NCBI RefSeq assembly: GCF_004010195.1 | Contig: NC_057718.1 | Coordinates: 89,817,497-89,881,287 of the forward strand | Direction of reading: 5' to 3' | Length of the DNA: 63,791 bases | Source: Chiloscyllium plagiosum | Lineage: Eukaryota | Part shown: positions 61,001-63,791 of the stretch, piece after piece | Layout: each line of letters begins with the position of its first letter | Numbering within the stretch: the stretch's first letter is position 1 | Notes under the pieces: generated by a model | What the model was told of the DNA's origin: nothing | Databases searched by the model: none | What the model saw: only the letters and a program-made list of their open reading frames with translations | Program-made: the position numbers and the translations under genes

Positions 61001-63309
61001 AAAATGGATGACAGAGGTTCTGAAAGTTGTAGAATGCAATATTGAATCCTTCAGTCTGTAAAATGACTAAGTGGAAAATGAGGCGTTATTCTTCCAGGTT
61101 GTGTGGAGCTTCAATGAAACACTAGCAGGCCCAGGACGGAAATGTTAGTATTGAAACAAGATGGTTCATTGAAAAAGGCAAGCAACTAGATGGTTCGGGT
61201 CACTGTTCCAGATTGGAGGTTCTAGTACCCTTCCATTTTGGCTCAAGGAGAGCAATCAGGTGCCTAGCCTTGGAAAGCAGGGATGTTGGAGTTAAACAGA
61301 ATTGGCAGCAAAACATTCATCCCATATCCATGTTTCCCTGCAGGAACCCTGGATTTTCACTCCCCATGTCTCAGAGCAGGGAACATACAGACCTCAGAAT
61401 CAATCTGCTGCAATCAGCTGTCTTAATTCATAGTCGCACACAAGGGATCAAATAGATGAATTTACTTTAACTGAGTAACATGTTCATTTAACTACATCCC
61501 TGCAAAACATATCCAAAATTTGCTGATAAAGTATAATTGCTTTCTGGGATACATTGTTTGGCTCTGTGCTCATAAAAGGAGGACATAAACAACATACACA
61601 AACAACTCGTTGGGAGACCCGAGCTTGAGTGAGGGGGAGGAACTGAAAGAAGTCAGCATTCGAAATGGTGTTGGGAAAATTGACAAGATTGAAAGCCGAT
61701 AAATACCCAGAGCCAAGTCATCTACATCCCAGAGTGCTTAAGGAAGTAGACTCTGGAACAGTTCCTACAGATTGTAAGATATCTAGTGTAACCCCCTCCA
61801 TTTAAAAAGGGAGACAGAGAGAAAACAGTGAACTATAAACCAATCAGCCTGATGTCAATAGGGGGAAAATGCTCGAGTCCATCATGAAAGACTTAATAGC
61901 AGAGCACTTATAAAACAGTGGTCGAATTGGACAGAGTCAGCATGAATTTCCGAAAGGGAAAAGGGCTTAACAAATCTACCGGAATTTGAGGATGTCACCA
62001 GCAGAGTTACTGATGGGGAGCCACTGGATATGGTTTATTTGGACATTTAGTAGGCTTTTGAAAAGTAAGTGATTAGCATTTCAAACTAAAATGTGTGGGA
62101 TTGTGGGTAGTGCAGTGAGCCGAACAGAAAACAGTAGGAATAAACTGTCTTTTTCAGAAAGGCAGAATTTTCAGTCCTGCAGGGATCAGTGCTAGGATGC
62201 CAGGTATTCATAATATATAAACGATTTAGATGCACGAAGTAAATGTAACAGCTGCACATTTGCAGATGGCACAAAGTTGGGTGGGAGAATGAGTTCTGAG
62301 GAGGATGCAGTGATGCTTCAGTGCGATTTGGACAAGCTGAGAGTGTAGGCAAAAGTATAATGTTTATATCGATACAGCATAATGTTTATAAATGTGAGAT
62401 TATCCACTTTGGTAGCAAAAAACAGGAAGGCAAGTTATCATCGGAATGGCTATAAATTGAGAGGGGGGGGGGCGGGCAACAAGATCTGAATGTCCTTGCA
62501 CATCAGCTGCTGAAAGTAAACGTGCAGTTGGAACAGGCGATAAAGGCAGTAACAGTGTGTTGGCCTTCATAGCAAGAGGATTCAAGTACAGAGGAGCAGG
62601 GATGTCTTGCTACAATTAACAGGGCATTGGTGAGGTCACACCTGGAATACTGTGTCTCCAATTGAGGAAGAATGCTCTTGCTATAGAAGGAGTGCAGGGA
62701 AGATTTACCAGACTGATTCCTGGGATAGCGGGACTAATGTACAAGGAGAGGTTGAATGAGTTTGGATTATGTTTGGAGTTCTGAAGAATGGGGACAGCAG
62801 TATTCTCATAAATACTTTTAAAATTCCAATAGGATTCAACAGAGTAAATGCAGAAAGTGTGTTCCGGATGACCAGAACCAAGCATTACAGTCTAAGTATG
62901 TGGGGGTAAACCATTCAGACAGAAATGAGAAGATGTTTCTTCACCCAGACTGTGGTAAAACTTTGGAATTCACTACACAGAAAGCAATCAAGGCCAAAAC
63001 ACTGTATGGCTTCAAGGAGGAGGTGGATACAGTACTTGGGGCTAAAGGGATTAATGAATGGAGGGAAAATCACGAACAAACTATTGTGTTGGATAATCAG
63101 CGTGATCATATTGAAAGGTGGAGCAAACTCAAATGGTCCACTTTTCCTATTTTTGATGTTTCTCAGTAAATCACGTTGGAATAATTTTACAGCAAGAGCA
63201 CACAAGTCACACAGCCTCATCTAACAGAACAGGAGAATATAAACATCAGGGACCAAGTTGAGAAGACTTACTTTTGTGTGTATTTTCTTGCTTCATCTTC
63301 ACTGTAAAA
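43011..63309 (-). CDS. BUD23: BUD23/WBSCR22 18S rRNA (guanine-N7)-methyltransferase, exons 2-12 (798 nt, 265 aa; exon 1 outside the window)
   Basis: Eleven GT-AG exons of 38/96/83/97/97/51/86/46/59/90/55 nt join in frame. SAM motif [37 protein letters not shown] and C-terminal [10 protein letters not shown] are all present. Confidence 0.97.
43758..43847 (-). CDS. BUD23: BUD23 exon 11 ([31 protein letters not shown])
   Basis: 90 nt, AG/GT boundaries, conserved SRxWxLEKKER..RQG. Confidence 0.96.
44205..44425. mobile_element. Fold-back PLE-derived element, family D (CAACACCAGGTTATAGTCCAACAGGTTTATTTGG); half-copy at 37408-37485
   Basis: Inverted arms of ~85 bp with relic CTGATGA on the minus strand and GAAAGCTAGTG on the plus strand. 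Confidence 0.7.
46134..46192 (-). CDS. BUD23: BUD23 exon 10 ([20 protein letters not shown])
   Basis: 59 nt, phase 0-2, donor GTAAGG, GL...FTN motif. Confidence 0.9.
46280..46680 (-). mobile_element. CR1 LINE 3' fragment (different subfamily)
   Basis: Minus-strand [14 protein letters not shown]...[24 protein letters not shown]. Confidence 0.85.
49625..49757. mobile_element. PLE-derived family B fragment
   Basis: TGATGAAGGGCTTTTGCCTGAAACGTC followed by GCTGCCTGACCTGCTGTGCTTTTCCAGCACCAC. Confidence 0.7.
50226..50271 (-). CDS. BUD23: BUD23 exon 9 ([16 protein letters not shown])
   Basis: 46 nt, AG/GT boundaries, KFxLCLF motif. Confidence 0.93.
51561..51670. mobile_element. PLE-derived family B mini-element with a 10-bp TSD
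   Basis: TSD TTATGTCCTG at 51551-51560 and 51671-51680. Confidence 0.78.
52030..52115 (-). CDS. BUD23: BUD23 exon 8 ([29 protein letters not shown])
   Basis: 86 nt, donor GTAAGT, highly conserved sequence. Confidence 0.97.
53680..54570 (-). mobile_element. CR1 3' fragment interrupted by a + strand tRNA-SINE (53778-54120)
   Basis: CR1 tail at 53680-53770 continues at ~54140; the SINE has a B-box GGTTCAAATCCC. Confidence 0.8.
54970..55020 (-). CDS. BUD23: BUD23 exon 7 ([17 protein letters not shown])
   Basis: 51 nt, TTTTACAG / GTAAGT boundaries. Confidence 0.97.
55475..55571 (-). CDS. BUD23: BUD23 exon 6 ([33 protein letters not shown])
   Basis: 97 nt, AG/GT boundaries. Confidence 0.97.
56190..56482 (+). 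mobile_element. HE1/V-SINE (diverged, + strand)
   Basis: GCACGGTGGCT...GGTTCGATTCC head; GTTTGCACATTCTCCCCGTGTCTGC V-domain. Confidence 0.85.
56924..57020 (-). CDS. BUD23: BUD23 exon 5 ([33 protein letters not shown])
   Basis: 97 nt, AG/GT boundaries. Confidence 0.97.
57754..57836 (-). CDS. BUD23: BUD23 exon 4 ([28 protein letters not shown])
   Basis: 83 nt, SAM-binding glycine loop. Confidence 0.98.
58175..58875 (+). mobile_element. Penelope-like element, 5'-truncated, with an inverted terminal repeat and a GIY-YIG endonuclease remnant
   Basis: From 58348 it encodes [29 protein letters not shown] ... RMHEYQLA ... [11 protein letters not shown] ... REFLEAWH (frameshifted). 125-bp inverted arms at 58214-58338 and 58747-58871; flanking direct repeat AGAAAACTTTA at 58164 and 58873. 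Confidence 0.9.
58795..58836 (+). ncRNA. Minimal type-I hammerhead ribozyme motif, intact core
   Basis: Stem I TCCA/TGGA, core CTGAAGA plus T, 7-bp stem II GTTACCT/AGGTAAC with loop AGTA, GAAA, palindromic ACGT, triplet GTC (58830-58832). Confidence 0.8.
59602..59697 (-). CDS. BUD23: BUD23 exon 3 ([32 protein letters not shown])
   Basis: 96 nt, phase 2-2, CCCTTCACAG / GTAGGG boundaries. Confidence 0.97.
59906..60224 (-). mobile_element. HE1/V-SINE, full length
   Basis: Head, V-domain and GATTA tail. Confidence 0.92.
61620..63140 (+). mobile_element. Older CR1 LINE ORF2 remnant, many indels
   Basis: AACTATAAACCAATCAGCCTGA (NYxPISL), AGTCAGCATGAATTT (SQHxF), TTTGCAGATGGCACAAAG (FADxTK), [13 protein letters not shown]. 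Confidence 0.82.
63272..63309 (-). CDS. BUD23: BUD23 exon 2 ([13 protein letters not shown])
   Basis: 38 nt, TTTATTTTCAG / GTAAGT boundaries, conserved FY...EARKY. Confidence 0.95.
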
Positions 63310-63605
63310 CTGAAAATAAAACATTTCATTAATTTCATACAATTTAAATCTCACTATAAATCATACAACACCTAAAATTCATTTGAGACATCTTTCGCAG
63401 ATCTTCATACAAAGCAAACACAATGCACAATGTTGCTGTCACAGGGCTCCCAGGAGAGAAACAAAACTGCACAAATAGTTCACCAGTAATGCACATGCTG
63501 CACGCAATGTTATTCTGCCCAGAGCTCAAGGTATGTTAATGAAAACAAAATATTCTTTGCATAACATAATGGTAACAGCATTGATAGCCATCTCAGTGAA
63601 CATCC

Positions 63606-63791
63606 GGGGGGGGCAGAGACTGGAGNNNNNNNNNNNNNNNNNNNNNNNNNNNGGGGGGGGGGAGGGGGGGGGGGGGGGGGGGGGGGAGGAGTGAAGGAGC
63701 AGTGAGGGGACCCTGTGGGATGGGGGAGGAGGAGTGAAGGAGCAGTGAGGGGACCCTGTGGCGGGTGGGGGAGGAGAGGGGAAGAGAAGGG
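63606..63791. repeat. G-rich tract, assembly gap (N 63626-63652) and ~43-bp purine-rich tandem repeat in BUD23 intron 1
   Basis: GGAGGAGTGAAGGAGCAGTGAGGGGACCCTGTGG occurs twice, followed by a partial third copy. Confidence 0.8.

Noticed and set aside
43066..63271. Intronic snoRNAs in BUD23
   Set aside because: No convincing C/D box pair with a terminal stem was found by eye, and the TGATGA motifs I examined belong to PLE hammerhead relics. H/ACA RNAs cannot be excluded without a covariance search.

Overview
Vertebrate genomic DNA with two small N gaps. The repeat content (HE1/V-SINEs, HER1-type CR1 LINEs, Deu-domain SINEs) points to a shark, probably a carpet or bamboo shark; this is inferred from repeat motifs only. 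Two spliced genes lie tail-to-tail, and the ORF track misses both. (1) On the + strand is a complete RNase T2 family gene with 9 coding exons (CDS 15238-34053, 771 nt, 256 aa). It has a signal peptide, both catalytic motifs (WTVHGLWP and WKHEWAKHGTC), 8 conserved Cys and 3 N-glycosylation sequons. (2) On the - strand is BUD23/WBSCR22 (18S rRNA m7G methyltransferase) with 11 coding exons (63309 to 43011, 265 aa); its first exon lies beyond the window end. The rest is a 47-bp minisatellite (~57 copies), many LINE/SINE remnants, and a set of Penelope-like element (PLE) relics. The most striking non-genic signal is that these PLE relics carry minimal type-I hammerhead ribozyme motifs. Two cores are fully intact (9981-10022 and 58795-58836) and many decayed copies show covarying stems. 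Most sit in short fold-back insertions, several with target-site duplications, inside introns of both genes.
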